Shown in pieces: positions 50,886 to 60,711 of a stretch of DNA of 64,000 bases. This DNA comes from an uncultured virus (IMG/VR IMGVR_UViG_3300009441_000007) (Duplodnaviria > Heunggongvirae > Uroviricota > Caudoviricetes). The translations under genes and the position numbers were made by a program. How positions within the stretch are numbered: the first letter of the stretch is position 1; the number at the start of each line of letters is the position of its first letter. The stretch lies in IMG/VR virus record IMGVR_UViG_3300009441_000007; one strand, given 5' to 3'. The notes under the pieces are model-generated. The model searched no databases and was not told the origin of the DNA. It worked only from the letters and a program-made list of their open reading frames with translations.

Positions 50886-51473
50886 ATGGCATTCACACCA
50901 AATCCAAATATCGCAGAAGGCAACTTTGCAGCTGCAACGGGAGTAGAACTTGACTACCTCAGACCCAATGGGTTTAAGTTCCAAGTTCATAACATACCCA
51001 ACGTAGCATTCTTTTGTCAGGGTGCAAACATTCCAGACATGACTTTGGGATTTCCTACACAGAGCACCCCCCTATCTGACATACCATATCCGGGCGACAA
51101 ACTTACTTTTGGTGACCTAAACATAAGATTCTTGATACAAGAAGACATGACCAACTACACTGAGTTATACAACTGGTTAGTTGGGTTGGGATTCCCAGAG
51201 AAACACGCACAGTTTGGTTCGTTTATTAAGGGTCAGGGATGGCGAACTGGAGGACAGAACACTAAGAAACAAGAATCCATTGGACAGGTTAGTGACGCAA
51301 GTCTGTTCGTGTTGGACTCTAACAACAATCCAAACATGGAGATACTGTTTAAGGATGCTTTCCCAATTGCCCTCAGTGGACTAGACTTTGATATATCAGG
51401 TGGGGACTCACCGTATTTTGTCGGGATTGCATCGTTTAAGTACAGGATATTTAATATCAAACCAGTAACGTAA
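50886..51473 (+). CDS. gp3: Tail tube terminator/completion protein gp3
   Basis: L.PNGFKF....P.V.FFCQ.ANIP, PGDKL.F.DL...FLI.EDM.NY.E...W, F.DAFP..LS.L.F. Confidence 0.85.
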   Translation: MAFTPNPNIAEGNFAAATGVELDYLRPNGFKFQVHNIPNVAFFCQGANIPDMTLGFPTQSTPLSDIPYPGDKLTFGDLNIRFLIQEDMTNYTELYNWLVGLGFPEKHAQFGSFIKGQGWRTGGQNTKKQESIGQVSDASLFVLDSNNNPNMEILFKDAFPIALSGLDFDISGGDSPYFVGIASFKYRIFNIKPVT

Positions 51474-51487
51474 ACCTAGAGTATATT

Positions 51488-51931
51488 ATGGCAACATTAA
51501 GTGAACTACAAGACATGTGGGCGGCAGACGCAAAAATCGATGAACTAGACTTGGGAAGCTCGTCTACTAGGACGCCGCTTCTACACTCTAAGTATGTTAC
51601 CCACTTATCAAATTTCAAACTACAAGTAAGAAAGGCGGCCGCCGACTTACACCGGCTCGAGAGAGTCAAGTCAGAATACTTCCGTGGGGAATTATCTAGA
51701 GAGGAACTCGACTCACTTGGTTGGGAACCGTGGAGAAAAAACTCTGTTCTCAAATCAGATATGAGGTCAGTACTAGATGGAGATGGTGACGTAATCAAAC
51801 AACAAGATAAAGTGTATTACCTAGAAACAACCGTGGACTTTCTTGATAGAGTGTTGCGTAGTTTAAACTCGCGTACATGGGACATCAAAAATGCCGTTGA
51901 ATGGAACAAGACACAGGCCGGCCTAATATAA
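51488..51931 (+). CDS. uvsY: Recombination mediator UvsY
   Basis: W..D.KID...L, P.LHSKY, EY..G, R.W.IKNA.EW. Confidence 0.9.
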   Translation: MATLSELQDMWAADAKIDELDLGSSSTRTPLLHSKYVTHLSNFKLQVRKAAADLHRLERVKSEYFRGELSREELDSLGWEPWRKNSVLKSDMRSVLDGDGDVIKQQDKVYYLETTVDFLDRVLRSLNSRTWDIKNAVEWNKTQAGLI

Positions 51932-51932
51932 T

Positions 51933-53411
51933 ATGATTTTTATTAAACAAAAAGACCATGTTCATATGAATGTGGCTGCGTCAGATGATGGCATAACGAG
52001 GGAGATTTCTGACTTCTTTACCTTTGAGGTGCCGGGAGCCTCGTTCATGCCATCATTTAGAAACCGTCACTGGGATGGGAAGATCCGTTTGTACAACATG
52101 CAGACAATGGAACTTTATGTCGGTCTGTTACCTTATCTGTTGGAGTTTGCAGAACAACTAGAATACAAAGTCGTGTTGGAGATGGATGACATTGGTGAAT
52201 CCATGCCGATGGAAGAGGTGAAAGAATTTACCCAGAGATTAAAACTACACGGCAACGGAAAACCAATACAGGCAAGAGACTACCAAGAGAACGCAATATA
52301 CGATGCAATCAACCGTGGCAGGAGTCTCCTTCTATCACCCACCGCTAGCGGAAAGTCCCTCATAATATACTCTCTGGCGCGATACCATCACGCCTTAGGG
52401 AGGAAACAACTTATAGTGGTTCCTACTACCTCTTTAGTAGAACAGATGTACGGTGATTTCGCCGACTACTCGACACACAATGGTTTCAGTGTAGAAAAGT
52501 ATTGTCATAGGATATATGGTGGTAAAGAAAAGACAAACCAAGCTGATGTAATTATCTCGACATGGCAATCAATCTACAAATACCCGAAGTCGTGGTTTGA
52601 AGAATTTGATGTGGTCTATGGCGATGAGGCCCACCTATTCAAGGCAAAATCTTTACAGACACTTATGGACAAATGCGTTAACGCCAGATTCAGGATAGGT
52701 ACTACTGGTACGCTGGATGGTACTAAGACGCATAGACTAGTGTTGGAGGGAGTCTTTGGCAAGGTGTACAAAGTAACTGATACCAAGACACTGATGGACA
52801 AGAAGGAACTCGCCGAACTAAAAATTGTTTGTATGTTAATTGAGTATGCAGACAACGAGAGGAAACTAGTATCTAAAATGACCTACCCAGAAGAAATGGA
52901 TTTCTTGGTAAGCCACGTTGGTAGGAATGATATCATTACTAAACTGACTGTTGCACAGAAAGGCAACACACTTCTACTCTATCAGTTTGTAGAAAAACAC
53001 GGTGCAGTCTTAAACGAAATGATAAAGAAGATGACAAAACGCCCAGTGTACTTTGTGTTCGGTGGTACTGAGACTACCCAACGAGAAGAGATAAGGAAAC
53101 TCACTGAACAATCAACCGACACCATAATCATTGCCAGTTACGGAACTTTTTCTACGGGTATAAATATAAGGAGTCTAAACAATATTGTGTTTGCCTCACC
53201 CAGTAAAAGTAGAATCAGAAACCTACAGTCTATTGGTCGAGGACTTAGAAAAAGTGAACAGAAAGACAAGTGTAACTTGTTTGATGTAGGAGATGACCTC
53301 TCTTGGAAGGATAAAAAGAATTACACGTTGAATCACCTTCTTGAAAGAGTTAAGATGTACAACGAAGAATCTTTCGATTATAAGATAGTTAAGGTAAACT
53401 CAAAGATATGA
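51933..53411 (+). CDS. uvsW: DNA helicase UvsW
   Basis: WDGKIRL, RDYQ, SPTASGKS, DEAH, G.TGT, ASYGTFSTGINI, QSIGRGLR. Confidence 0.95.
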   Translation: MIFIKQKDHVHMNVAASDDGITREISDFFTFEVPGASFMPSFRNRHWDGKIRLYNMQTMELYVGLLPYLLEFAEQLEYKVVLEMDDIGESMPMEEVKEFTQRLKLHGNGKPIQARDYQENAIYDAINRGRSLLLSPTASGKSLIIYSLARYHHALGRKQLIVVPTTSLVEQMYGDFADYSTHNGFSVEKYCHRIYGGKEKTNQADVIISTWQSIYKYPKSWFEEFDVVYGDEAHLFKAKSLQTLMDKCVNARFRIGTTGTLDGTKTHRLVLEGVFGKVYKVTDTKTLMDKKELAELKIVCMLIEYADNERKLVSKMTYPEEMDFLVSHVGRNDIITKLTVAQKGNTLLLYQFVEKHGAVLNEMIKKMTKRPVYFVFGGTETTQREEIRKLTEQSTDTIIIASYGTFSTGINIRSLNNIVFASPSKSRIRNLQSIGRGLRKSEQKDKCNLFDVGDDLSWKDKKNYTLNHLLERVKMYNEESFDYKIVKVNSKI

Positions 53412-53845
53412 ATCATTCACCAAAGATAATCTGTTTTGAAAGTGGACTACAGATTGTAGCTGATGTTGAAGAGTCTATTCAATTAGACTCGGAAGGTAAG
53501 TATATGGTTCATTACCCAATGGAGGTAATGCGAATCCCTGTGAATAAAACTCAAGAGGCCTATTCTATTAGACCTTGGATGTCATTTACAAGCGCCACCG
53601 CATTTGAAATAAATAAAAGTAATGTATTATCTATTGCGCCGCTGAGTGAATATTTCGCAAAGGGATTTGAAGAACTAAAGGAAACATACTTTGAAGACAT
53701 TGAAGGTGAGATGTCAGAAGAAGACGATGACGTAATAAATCAAGAAACCATTGACGATTATCTTGATAGTGCGGAATATGATGAGGAGACACTGAAAGAA
53801 ATGGTTGAAGAGATTGTCGGCAGAAGGAAACGTGTGCTTCACTAG
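53408..53845 (+). CDS. Conserved hypothetical protein (Sm-like fold) between uvsW and gp55
   Basis: I....G..IVA, P, PW...., acidic tail ending VLH; conserved position. Confidence 0.6.
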   Translation: MNHSPKIICFESGLQIVADVEESIQLDSEGKYMVHYPMEVMRIPVNKTQEAYSIRPWMSFTSATAFEINKSNVLSIAPLSEYFAKGFEELKETYFEDIEGEMSEEDDDVINQETIDDYLDSAEYDEETLKEMVEEIVGRRKRVLH

Positions 53846-53881
53846 CAGCAGCTACTGCCATCTTCCCTTAAACGACAAGGT

Positions 53882-53910
53882 ATTATACATCATCTCCAGG
53901 CAGTTGTCAA
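53882..53910 (-). promoter_or_regulatory. Consensus sigma70 promoter, antisense to the upstream operon
   Basis: Minus strand TTGACA-17 nt-TATAAT. Confidence 0.7.
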
Positions 53911-53945
53911 GAACTATTTGCAATTAAATTAAAATAAATAAGGGC

Positions 53946-53974
53946 TTGACTTCTGGGTAACAATACTATATAAT
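53946..53974 (+). promoter_or_regulatory. sigma70-type early/middle promoter for gp55
   Basis: TTGACT-17 nt-TATAAT with AT-rich UP region. Confidence 0.8.
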
Positions 53975-54008
53975 GGGTAACATAATGACAGTAACTAAGA
54001 AGAAGACT

Positions 54009-54635
54009 ATGGCTAAGAAAACAAAAACACCAAGCAGGCACTACGTCAACAATAAGGATTTCCTTGTTGCGATGACTGAGTATAGGATTAATCGATTAGC
54101 TGCACTGGATAGGGGAGACCCAAAACCTCGTGTTGGTGAGTACATCGGTGAGTGTATGGTTAAGATTGCCAATCACTTGGCTTATAAGAGTAACTTTGTG
54201 AACTATACTTTCAGAGAGGAGATGATTCTTGATGGAATAGAAAATTGTATAACCTACATTGATAACTTTGACCATGACAAGTCCAAGAACCCCTTTGCTT
54301 ACTTCACACAGATTACCTACTACGCCTTCCTAAGACGTATCCAGAAGGAAAAGAAACAACTTGACACTAAGTACAAGTATATTCAAAACCTTGACCTACA
54401 AGGTATGTTGGATTCCGAAGGCGCACAGTCTGGGTCAGCTGATTTTGTTGAGTACATGAAGAAACAGATAGATGATGCCGAGAAACACAAGGCGCAGTAC
54501 GCTGACCAAGATAAGAAGATGCCTAAAAGACGCCCCCTATATCTAGATGATAAAGAGGCACTCAAGTTGGCCAAGGAAAAGATACCCCAGTTATCAGACA
54601 ATCCCGAAGAGGTAAAAGACGAAAAAAAGTCTTGA
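54009..54635 (+). CDS. gp55: Late transcription sigma factor gp55
   Basis: HYVNNKDF, YIGEC..KIA.HL....NF.NYT.REEMI.DGIENC, NPFAYFTQI.YYAFLRRI.KEKKQ; start placed downstream of the promoter. Confidence 0.95.
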   Translation: MAKKTKTPSRHYVNNKDFLVAMTEYRINRLAALDRGDPKPRVGEYIGECMVKIANHLAYKSNFVNYTFREEMILDGIENCITYIDNFDHDKSKNPFAYFTQITYYAFLRRIQKEKKQLDTKYKYIQNLDLQGMLDSEGAQSGSADFVEYMKKQIDDAEKHKAQYADQDKKMPKRRPLYLDDKEALKLAKEKIPQLSDNPEEVKDEKKS

Positions 54636-54660
54636 CTTCTGGTCTGGAATATGAGATCAT
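54632..54660 (+). promoter_or_regulatory. Probable sigma70-type promoter for the denV-like cluster
   Basis: TTGACT-17 nt-GATCAT; shares CTTGACTTCTG with promoters at 53945 and 63882. Confidence 0.5.
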
Positions 54661-54696
54661 GTGTGCATATAGAGTTTAATTGGAGTTTTCTTTATT

Positions 54697-55257
54697 ATGA
54701 ACATATTTTATCTACACAGACAACCGGCCGAATCTGCGACATATCACTGCGATAAACATGTAGTAAAGATGGTCATCGAGTACGCGCAACTACTATCAAC
54801 CGCGCACAGAATGCTCGATGGCGACCACTACATTGACGCCTCTAGTGGTAGACGCATCCAACGGTGGAGACTGTCTGAGTCAGACCGCGAAGGTGTCCTG
54901 TACAAGGCCTCACATGTCAATCACCCATCTGCTATATGGGTTCGCAAAAACAAAGTACAGTATCAGTACATGTACGAACTGTTCGTTTCTCTGTGTGATG
55001 AATACACGCATCGATATGGCAGAGTACACATGACAGATTATAAGTTGCGGAACTTCTTGTCAACGCCTCCCGTCAATATCCCAACAGGTATTTTTACTGA
55101 CCCACCACAATGCATGCCAGACAATTGCAAACAATCTATCACAGTCAATGCTTACCGAGAATATTACATCAAGGAAAAGAAAGGATTTGCAAAGTGGACA
55201 TCCAGACAAATACCATCGTGGTTCAATGACCAAGAGTCTAACTATGCATCTCAGTAA
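54697..55257 (+). CDS. denV: Pyrimidine dimer DNA glycosylase / endonuclease V family protein
   Basis: MNIF.L, HCDKHVVKM..EYAQLLSTAHR, LYK..H.NHP...W, L..EYT.RYG..H, P..MP, AYR.YY...K. Confidence 0.8.
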   Translation: MNIFYLHRQPAESATYHCDKHVVKMVIEYAQLLSTAHRMLDGDHYIDASSGRRIQRWRLSESDREGVLYKASHVNHPSAIWVRKNKVQYQYMYELFVSLCDEYTHRYGRVHMTDYKLRNFLSTPPVNIPTGIFTDPPQCMPDNCKQSITVNAYREYYIKEKKGFAKWTSRQIPSWFNDQESNYASQ

Positions 55258-56356
55258 AGAAGATACAATTTATGCTAGTAAACTAGTCATCGATTATTTT
55301 TCTCAGTTTGAGAGGATAGATGATTACTTTCGTATCAGAAAGATAGACAGGGTGAACAAACTGCCACCGCCTCTTTTTGGTATGAGTGTAGAAGATGATA
55401 TGTTTCAATCATGGGACATGCATCCAGAAGATATGAACTTTGAAATCGTACAAGTACCTAACCAATCGTTTGATCAAATGTTAGAGATGACTGCATCTTT
55501 CTCACCAGACCAAGCGCCAGGCAAGGAAATGAAACTTGTGGTCAAAGAAACAACTACCAATAAGGCGGTTGGATTTATCAAGTTGGGTTCACCTCTAATA
55601 AACTCCAAACCAAGGAATGATTTTCTTGGTGGTGTTCCCGACTTGCCCATTTTTAATAAACGGGCAATCATGGGGTTTAATATAGTTCCAGTACAACCAT
55701 TCGGATTTAATTATCTGGGTGGTAAGTTACTGGCTGCAATTTGTTGTTCGCATGAAGTACGGAGAATGTTGAACAGAAAGTATAAGACAGAGTTTTGTTT
55801 GTTTGAGACCACTTCTTTATACGGCAATATTAAAGGTGCATCAATGTATGATGGCATGAAACCTTTCCTAAGATATAAAGGTGACACCATGTCATCCTTC
55901 TTGTTGACTATGGGTGAAGATATATACTTTCACCTGAGAGATTGGTTTGAAGAAAAGAACGGTGGTGAAGTACTTATTCACAAAGGTGCATCCAGTAGAA
56001 AACTAAAGTATCAAACTAAGATGATACAGGTACTCAAACAAAATTTGAAAGTACATGATGATAAGGCATATGAACTATTCTGTGACGTAATTAAGAAATC
56101 AACTGATGTTACCACACAGAAAAGATTCTATATGAGTGAGTATGGATATTCTAATGTACAGGACGTTCTTTTAGGTAAGACGCAACAATTAGAAAAGGCG
56201 GAGAACTTTGATAGGTTTGAACTGCCCAATGTTATTGAGTGGTGGCGCAAGAAGGCAATCAAACGATATAACAACTTGGTATCAGACGGCCGGATACGAA
56301 AGGAACTGGAAGTTTGGAATTCTGAAACAATTAACACGATAGATATAATAAGATGA
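55244..56356 (+). CDS. DUF4338 / DruA-like protein
   Basis: PG......V.E.....VGFI.LGSP.I..KPR, IVP.QPFGFNYLGGKLLA, FETTSLYG....SMYDG; start refined to MHLSKED. Confidence 0.6.
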   Translation: MHLSKEDTIYASKLVIDYFSQFERIDDYFRIRKIDRVNKLPPPLFGMSVEDDMFQSWDMHPEDMNFEIVQVPNQSFDQMLEMTASFSPDQAPGKEMKLVVKETTTNKAVGFIKLGSPLINSKPRNDFLGGVPDLPIFNKRAIMGFNIVPVQPFGFNYLGGKLLAAICCSHEVRRMLNRKYKTEFCLFETTSLYGNIKGASMYDGMKPFLRYKGDTMSSFLLTMGEDIYFHLRDWFEEKNGGEVLIHKGASSRKLKYQTKMIQVLKQNLKVHDDKAYELFCDVIKKSTDVTTQKRFYMSEYGYSNVQDVLLGKTQQLEKAENFDRFELPNVIEWWRKKAIKRYNNLVSDGRIRKELEVWNSETINTIDIIR

Positions 56357-56604
56357 TAATACAGATTTATTCAAAACCAGCATGTACATACTGTGACCAA
56401 GCTGAGAAGATTGCAGAACAGATAGTTCAAGCTATGCCTGCCAACTACGAAAAACTTATGTTGGATGTAGACTTCTCAATGGATGAACTGATAGAAAAAG
56501 TACCTAACGCAAAAACATTCCCGCAAGTATTTGTGGATGGTGAGTTGGTTGGTGGGTACGGAGAGTTTTCGCGGATGGAATGGTTGGCAGACAAACATGA
56601 TTAA
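56353..56604 (+). CDS. grx: Glutaredoxin
   Basis: IYSK..CTYC..A, TFPQVFVDG..VGGY. Confidence 0.9.
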   Translation: MIIQIYSKPACTYCDQAEKIAEQIVQAMPANYEKLMLDVDFSMDELIEKVPNAKTFPQVFVDGELVGGYGEFSRMEWLADKHD

Positions 56605-57037
56605 TGAATCGATAAAGGTGGGGTTTGTCGCAAGTTGTTTTGACTTACTACATGCAGGACATATATGTATGTTAAGAGAAGCAAAAGATAATTGTGATTA
56701 TTTGATATGTGCATTGCAGACAGACCCAACTATTGATAGACCCGATGAGAAGAACCCCCCTGTTCAGTCTGTCTATGAGAGATATGAACAACTACAGGCA
56801 GTTCGATACGTCAATGAGATAATTCCATATGAAACTGAGGAGTCGTTGGTTGATTTGTTGCTTGCTAGGAATCCAGACATAAGGTTTCTGGGACAGGAAT
56901 ATGAGTGGAAAGAATATACGGGTAGGGAATTAGACATAGAAATTCACTACACCAATAGAGAACATTCTTTCTCAACTACAAGTCTAAGAAAGAGGGTAGT
57001 TGTTAATGAAAATAACATGTGCAAGACTAAGGTCTAA
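56597..57037 (+). CDS. Cytidylyltransferase (TagD / glycerol-3-phosphate cytidylyltransferase family)
   Basis: FDLLHAGH (HxGH), CDYLI.ALQ.DP..DRP.EKN.P.QS..ER, RYV.EI.PY, R.H.FSTT.LR. Confidence 0.85.
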   Translation: MINESIKVGFVASCFDLLHAGHICMLREAKDNCDYLICALQTDPTIDRPDEKNPPVQSVYERYEQLQAVRYVNEIIPYETEESLVDLLLARNPDIRFLGQEYEWKEYTGRELDIEIHYTNREHSFSTTSLRKRVVVNENNMCKTKV

Positions 57038-57992
57038 TGTAAAGTACGAGGGCCCATTAGCAACGGTACTCGATAGTTTCTTGGAGAATTATGTTAAGTG
57101 GATGAGAAACAATCCACAGAACGAATACCGGACATACAACATATCGTTTGATGGTACTAGACCAAAGAGAACGCCTGAGTCGATAGAGTGGGCTGATGTC
57201 ATCGTTATACCAAGTGACAGTGAGTTCCGGTATCATGGTGAGTTGCAGATGAACCCCAAGGACTTGGAGAAGTCGCAGTCGCATATGGATACCATCATCC
57301 CACACTTCAAAGGCAAACACGTTGTTGTTATGAGAAGTGATAGGGGCGACACCGAAAAACTATACAGGGAAGATACACTACAGAACATTCCTATAAAATC
57401 CTACACGGAGATTGATGAGATTGATTTCTCTGGAAATATTCATGGGATGAAGTATCACTTTATACGGAACAAGTTTGGCAATCCACTATACACCGAACCA
57501 AAGAAAACCGATTTTGGTTACTGGGGTAGGATGAAGTCAGGGTGTGACCGCGATAAAATCATCAGAAAGATTTACCGCGACCCAGACTTGACAAGTACTT
57601 TGATTGGTGGATTTCCTTCTGGTATCAAACGACAGTCATCTTGGATAAAGGATTGGAATCTACTGTATCCTCTTCTAGAACCCAACCGATTTACGTTGTG
57701 TTTTAACTGGAAAGATGAGTGCGCTACTACGTCTAGATATATTGAGGCTCTTGCAATAGGAATGATACCCTTTGTGTGGAGACAGTATGATAAAAACAAC
57801 ACATACAATATAGATGACTGGCAAAGGATAGAAGACTTTGATGATTTGAAGTCTAAGGTAATGCAATTGAGAGATAATGATTTTCTTGATAAGAAACTAG
57901 AAGAATATAGAAAGAATTACAACGAGGTACTTTTGTCCATCGAAGAGTACTACCAACAGTTTGACCGCAAAATGCATGGAGTGACACCTTGA
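57006..57992 (+). CDS. GT-B glycosyltransferase resembling T4 DNA beta-glucosyltransferase
   Basis: Segments match the recalled T4 Bgt pattern: DVIVIPSDSEFRYHG; KKTDFGYWGRMKSG.DR; T.RY.EALA.......YD.....ID...I..FD.L..KV..L. Confidence 0.55.
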   Translation: MKITCARLRSNVKYEGPLATVLDSFLENYVKWMRNNPQNEYRTYNISFDGTRPKRTPESIEWADVIVIPSDSEFRYHGELQMNPKDLEKSQSHMDTIIPHFKGKHVVVMRSDRGDTEKLYREDTLQNIPIKSYTEIDEIDFSGNIHGMKYHFIRNKFGNPLYTEPKKTDFGYWGRMKSGCDRDKIIRKIYRDPDLTSTLIGGFPSGIKRQSSWIKDWNLLYPLLEPNRFTLCFNWKDECATTSRYIEALAIGMIPFVWRQYDKNNTYNIDDWQRIEDFDDLKSKVMQLRDNDFLDKKLEEYRKNYNEVLLSIEEYYQQFDRKMHGVTP

Positions 57993-59044
57993 AAATAGCT
58001 TTAGTAAATGATACACACTTTGGTGCGAGGTCTGATAGTCTTCCGTTTGATGCATACTTCAAAAAATTCTACGATGAATTCTTCTACCCTACGCTAGAAG
58101 AGAGGGGCATCAAAACCATCATGCATCTTGGTGATGTGTTTGACCGTAGAAAATATATGAACTACAATACTCTGAAGAGTTGTAAGGAGTATTTCTTTGA
58201 CCATGCAAGGAACCTAAATATAGATATCCATATGATTCCTGGCAATCACGATACTTATTTTAAAAATACTAACCAAGTGAATGCGCCAGAACTTTTGCTT
58301 AAAGAGTATGAGAATGTTACAGTTTATCCAGAAATCACAGAATTGGTGTTTGATAAAAGAAAAATCCTTTTTGTTCCTTGGATTTGTAGTGATAACTATA
58401 ACACTACTATGGAGATGGTCGAACGAACTGACGCGGAAGTATGTTTTGGACACTTTGAGTTTTCCGGTTTCCAAATGTACAAAGGTATGCCAAATGAGCA
58501 TGGAATGGATCATACTTCCTTTAAGCGCTTTGATTTGGTTTGTTCTGGCCATTATCATCATCGCAGTAGCAGGGACAATGTTACTTACCTTGGAAATCCT
58601 TACGAAATTACATGGTCAGATTACAATGATGCTAGAGGGTTTAACATATACGATACGGAAACGAATGAAATAGAGTTTATGCAAAATCCTTATAGAATGT
58701 TCCACAAAATATTCTATAATGATGTTGATGAGGATGTTGAGTTCGATGTGACAAAAACTGTTGGCTCTTGTGTCAAGGTTGTAGTAGTAAAAAAGGAAAA
58801 CTTCACGAAGTTTGACAAACTAATAGATTCTTTATATACATGTAATCTCACTGAACTAAAAATTATTGAAGACTTCTCAGAGTTTGAAGATAATGCCGTA
58901 GGTGAGATGGATTTGAAACTTGATGACACGATTACCCTACTGAATGACTACGTTGACAATACCGTCACCGAATTGAGTAAGGAAAGACTTAAATCACTGT
59001 TGCAATCTTTGTATGTGGAAGCACAACATGTTGAAATTGTATGA
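57989..59044 (+). CDS. gp47: Recombination endonuclease subunit gp47 (Mre11/SbcD-like)
   Basis: D.HFG.R, HLGD.FD.RK, GNHD.Y.KNT, GH.E..GF, SGHYH. Confidence 0.93.
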   Translation: MKIALVNDTHFGARSDSLPFDAYFKKFYDEFFYPTLEERGIKTIMHLGDVFDRRKYMNYNTLKSCKEYFFDHARNLNIDIHMIPGNHDTYFKNTNQVNAPELLLKEYENVTVYPEITELVFDKRKILFVPWICSDNYNTTMEMVERTDAEVCFGHFEFSGFQMYKGMPNEHGMDHTSFKRFDLVCSGHYHHRSSRDNVTYLGNPYEITWSDYNDARGFNIYDTETNEIEFMQNPYRMFHKIFYNDVDEDVEFDVTKTVGSCVKVVVVKKENFTKFDKLIDSLYTCNLTELKIIEDFSEFEDNAVGEMDLKLDDTITLLNDYVDNTVTELSKERLKSLLQSLYVEAQHVEIV

Positions 59045-60711
59045 TAACATTTGAGAAGATTAGATGGAAGAACTTTCTATCTACAGGAAATAGTTTTACC
59101 GAAGTACATTTTAATAGAAGTCCCAGTACATTGATAGTTGGTGATAATGGAAGCGGAAAGTCTACTATACTTGACGCAGTGTGTTTTGCATTGTTCAACA
59201 AACCCTTCCGTAAAATAAGTAAACCCCAACTGGTAAATTCTATCAACAACAAGGCTTTGGTTTGTGAGATAGAGTTCCGAATTGGTGTCAAAGAATACAA
59301 AGTTGTTCGTAGTATCAAACCAAGTGCATTTGAATTGTACTGTGATGGCACGATGCTAGACCAAGACGCTGCCGTGAGAGACACGCAAAAGTATCTTGAA
59401 GATAGTATTCTAAAAATGAATTTTAAATCATTCACACAGATAGTTATATTGGGAAGTGCTTCTTTTACTCCCTTTATGCAACTGCCTTCAGCATCTCGCC
59501 GAGAAATTATTGAAGATATTCTTGACATTCAAATATTCACGACAATGAATCAGGTGTTGAAAGATAACATTGCCGTACTCAGGGAAGAGGTGCGGGACAT
59601 TGAAACCACCGTGGAGGTATCCAAACAAAAGGCGACAGTTCAAAAACAATATATAGAACAGCTAGAAAAAGATAAAAAAATCAAAGTCGATAAAATAAAG
59701 GAAACTATTAATGAACTCATCGAGGCGTCTGTTCAACTCAATGAAAAACTCGCAATTGCAACGCAACAGAAGGAGAGTAAGAATGACCCAACAACGCGCC
59801 TCCGAAAACTTGACAGTCTCAAGGACAAACTCAGAACGAGCCTCAATAGAACCACCAAAGAACTAGGTTTCTATCACGATACGGATGAATGTCCAACCTG
59901 TAAACAGGGGTTGACACATGACTTCAAGGAAGAGAAGACCAGAGAGAAGACTCAGCGAATAGATGAGTTGACCGCTGGACTGAGTGAGATGGACGTTCAG
60001 TGTAATTTGGTGCATGATGATATAGAACAGTATCAACAGATTGTTACCACCATACAAGACACTCAGAATGAAATGATATCACAGGAACGATTCAAGAACC
60101 GACTGATATTAGAACTCAATGATGCAGAAACTAATGCAGCTGACATAGATGTCGAGACTGAAAAACTTAGAGACATGGCAAAAGACTTAACTGTTCATAA
60201 TAGAATGCGAACGGAGAAGAGTGAAGAACAACATTACAATACCGCTGCTGCTAGTCTTCTAAAGGACACTGGGATAAAGACCAGAGTCATCCGGCAATAT
60301 CTGCCAGTAATCAACCAGTTGGTCAATAAGTATTTGGCCGCCATGGATTTCTTTGTTCACTTTGAGTTGGATGAGAAGTTCAACGAGACTATCAAATCCA
60401 GACACAGAGATAACTTTTCTTACTCTAGTTTCAGTGAGGGTGAGAAACAACGGATAGACTTGGCATTACTATTCACATGGCGAACTATTGCTAAGATGAA
60501 AAATAGTGCTAGTACTAACCTGTTATTACTCGATGAAGTATTTGACAGTTCCTTGGATAACAATGGGGTTGATTATGTTATGAACCTGTTAAGTACCATA
60601 GGAGAGGAAACCAATGTGTTTGTGATTTCACACAAGGGTGACCAGTTGTTCGATAAATTTAGAAGTCAAATTAAATTTGAAAAAATTAGGGATTATAGTG
60701 TGATGTCATGA
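59041..60711 (+). CDS. gp46: Recombination ATPase subunit gp46 (Rad50/SbcC-like)
   Basis: WKNFLS.GN, G.NGSGKST, CPTC zinc hook, FSEGEK.RIDLA, LLDE.FD, ISH. Confidence 0.95.
   Translation: MITFEKIRWKNFLSTGNSFTEVHFNRSPSTLIVGDNGSGKSTILDAVCFALFNKPFRKISKPQLVNSINNKALVCEIEFRIGVKEYKVVRSIKPSAFELYCDGTMLDQDAAVRDTQKYLEDSILKMNFKSFTQIVILGSASFTPFMQLPSASRREIIEDILDIQIFTTMNQVLKDNIAVLREEVRDIETTVEVSKQKATVQKQYIEQLEKDKKIKVDKIKETINELIEASVQLNEKLAIATQQKESKNDPTTRLRKLDSLKDKLRTSLNRTTKELGFYHDTDECPTCKQGLTHDFKEEKTREKTQRIDELTAGLSEMDVQCNLVHDDIEQYQQIVTTIQDTQNEMISQERFKNRLILELNDAETNAADIDVETEKLRDMAKDLTVHNRMRTEKSEEQHYNTAAASLLKDTGIKTRVIRQYLPVINQLVNKYLAAMDFFVHFELDEKFNETIKSRHRDNFSYSSFSEGEKQRIDLALLFTWRTIAKMKNSASTNLLLLDEVFDSSLDNNGVDYVMNLLSTIGEETNVFVISHKGDQLFDKFRSQIKFEKIRDYSVMS

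Noticed and set aside
16229..53166. Intragenic TATAAATA at 16229 and 53159
   Set aside because: Inside coding regions about 250 nt from the next start; may be chance matches in AT-rich DNA
53973..54008. ORF-track start of gp55 at 53973
   Set aside because: Overlaps the -10 hexamer of its own promoter; a downstream ATG is more plausible
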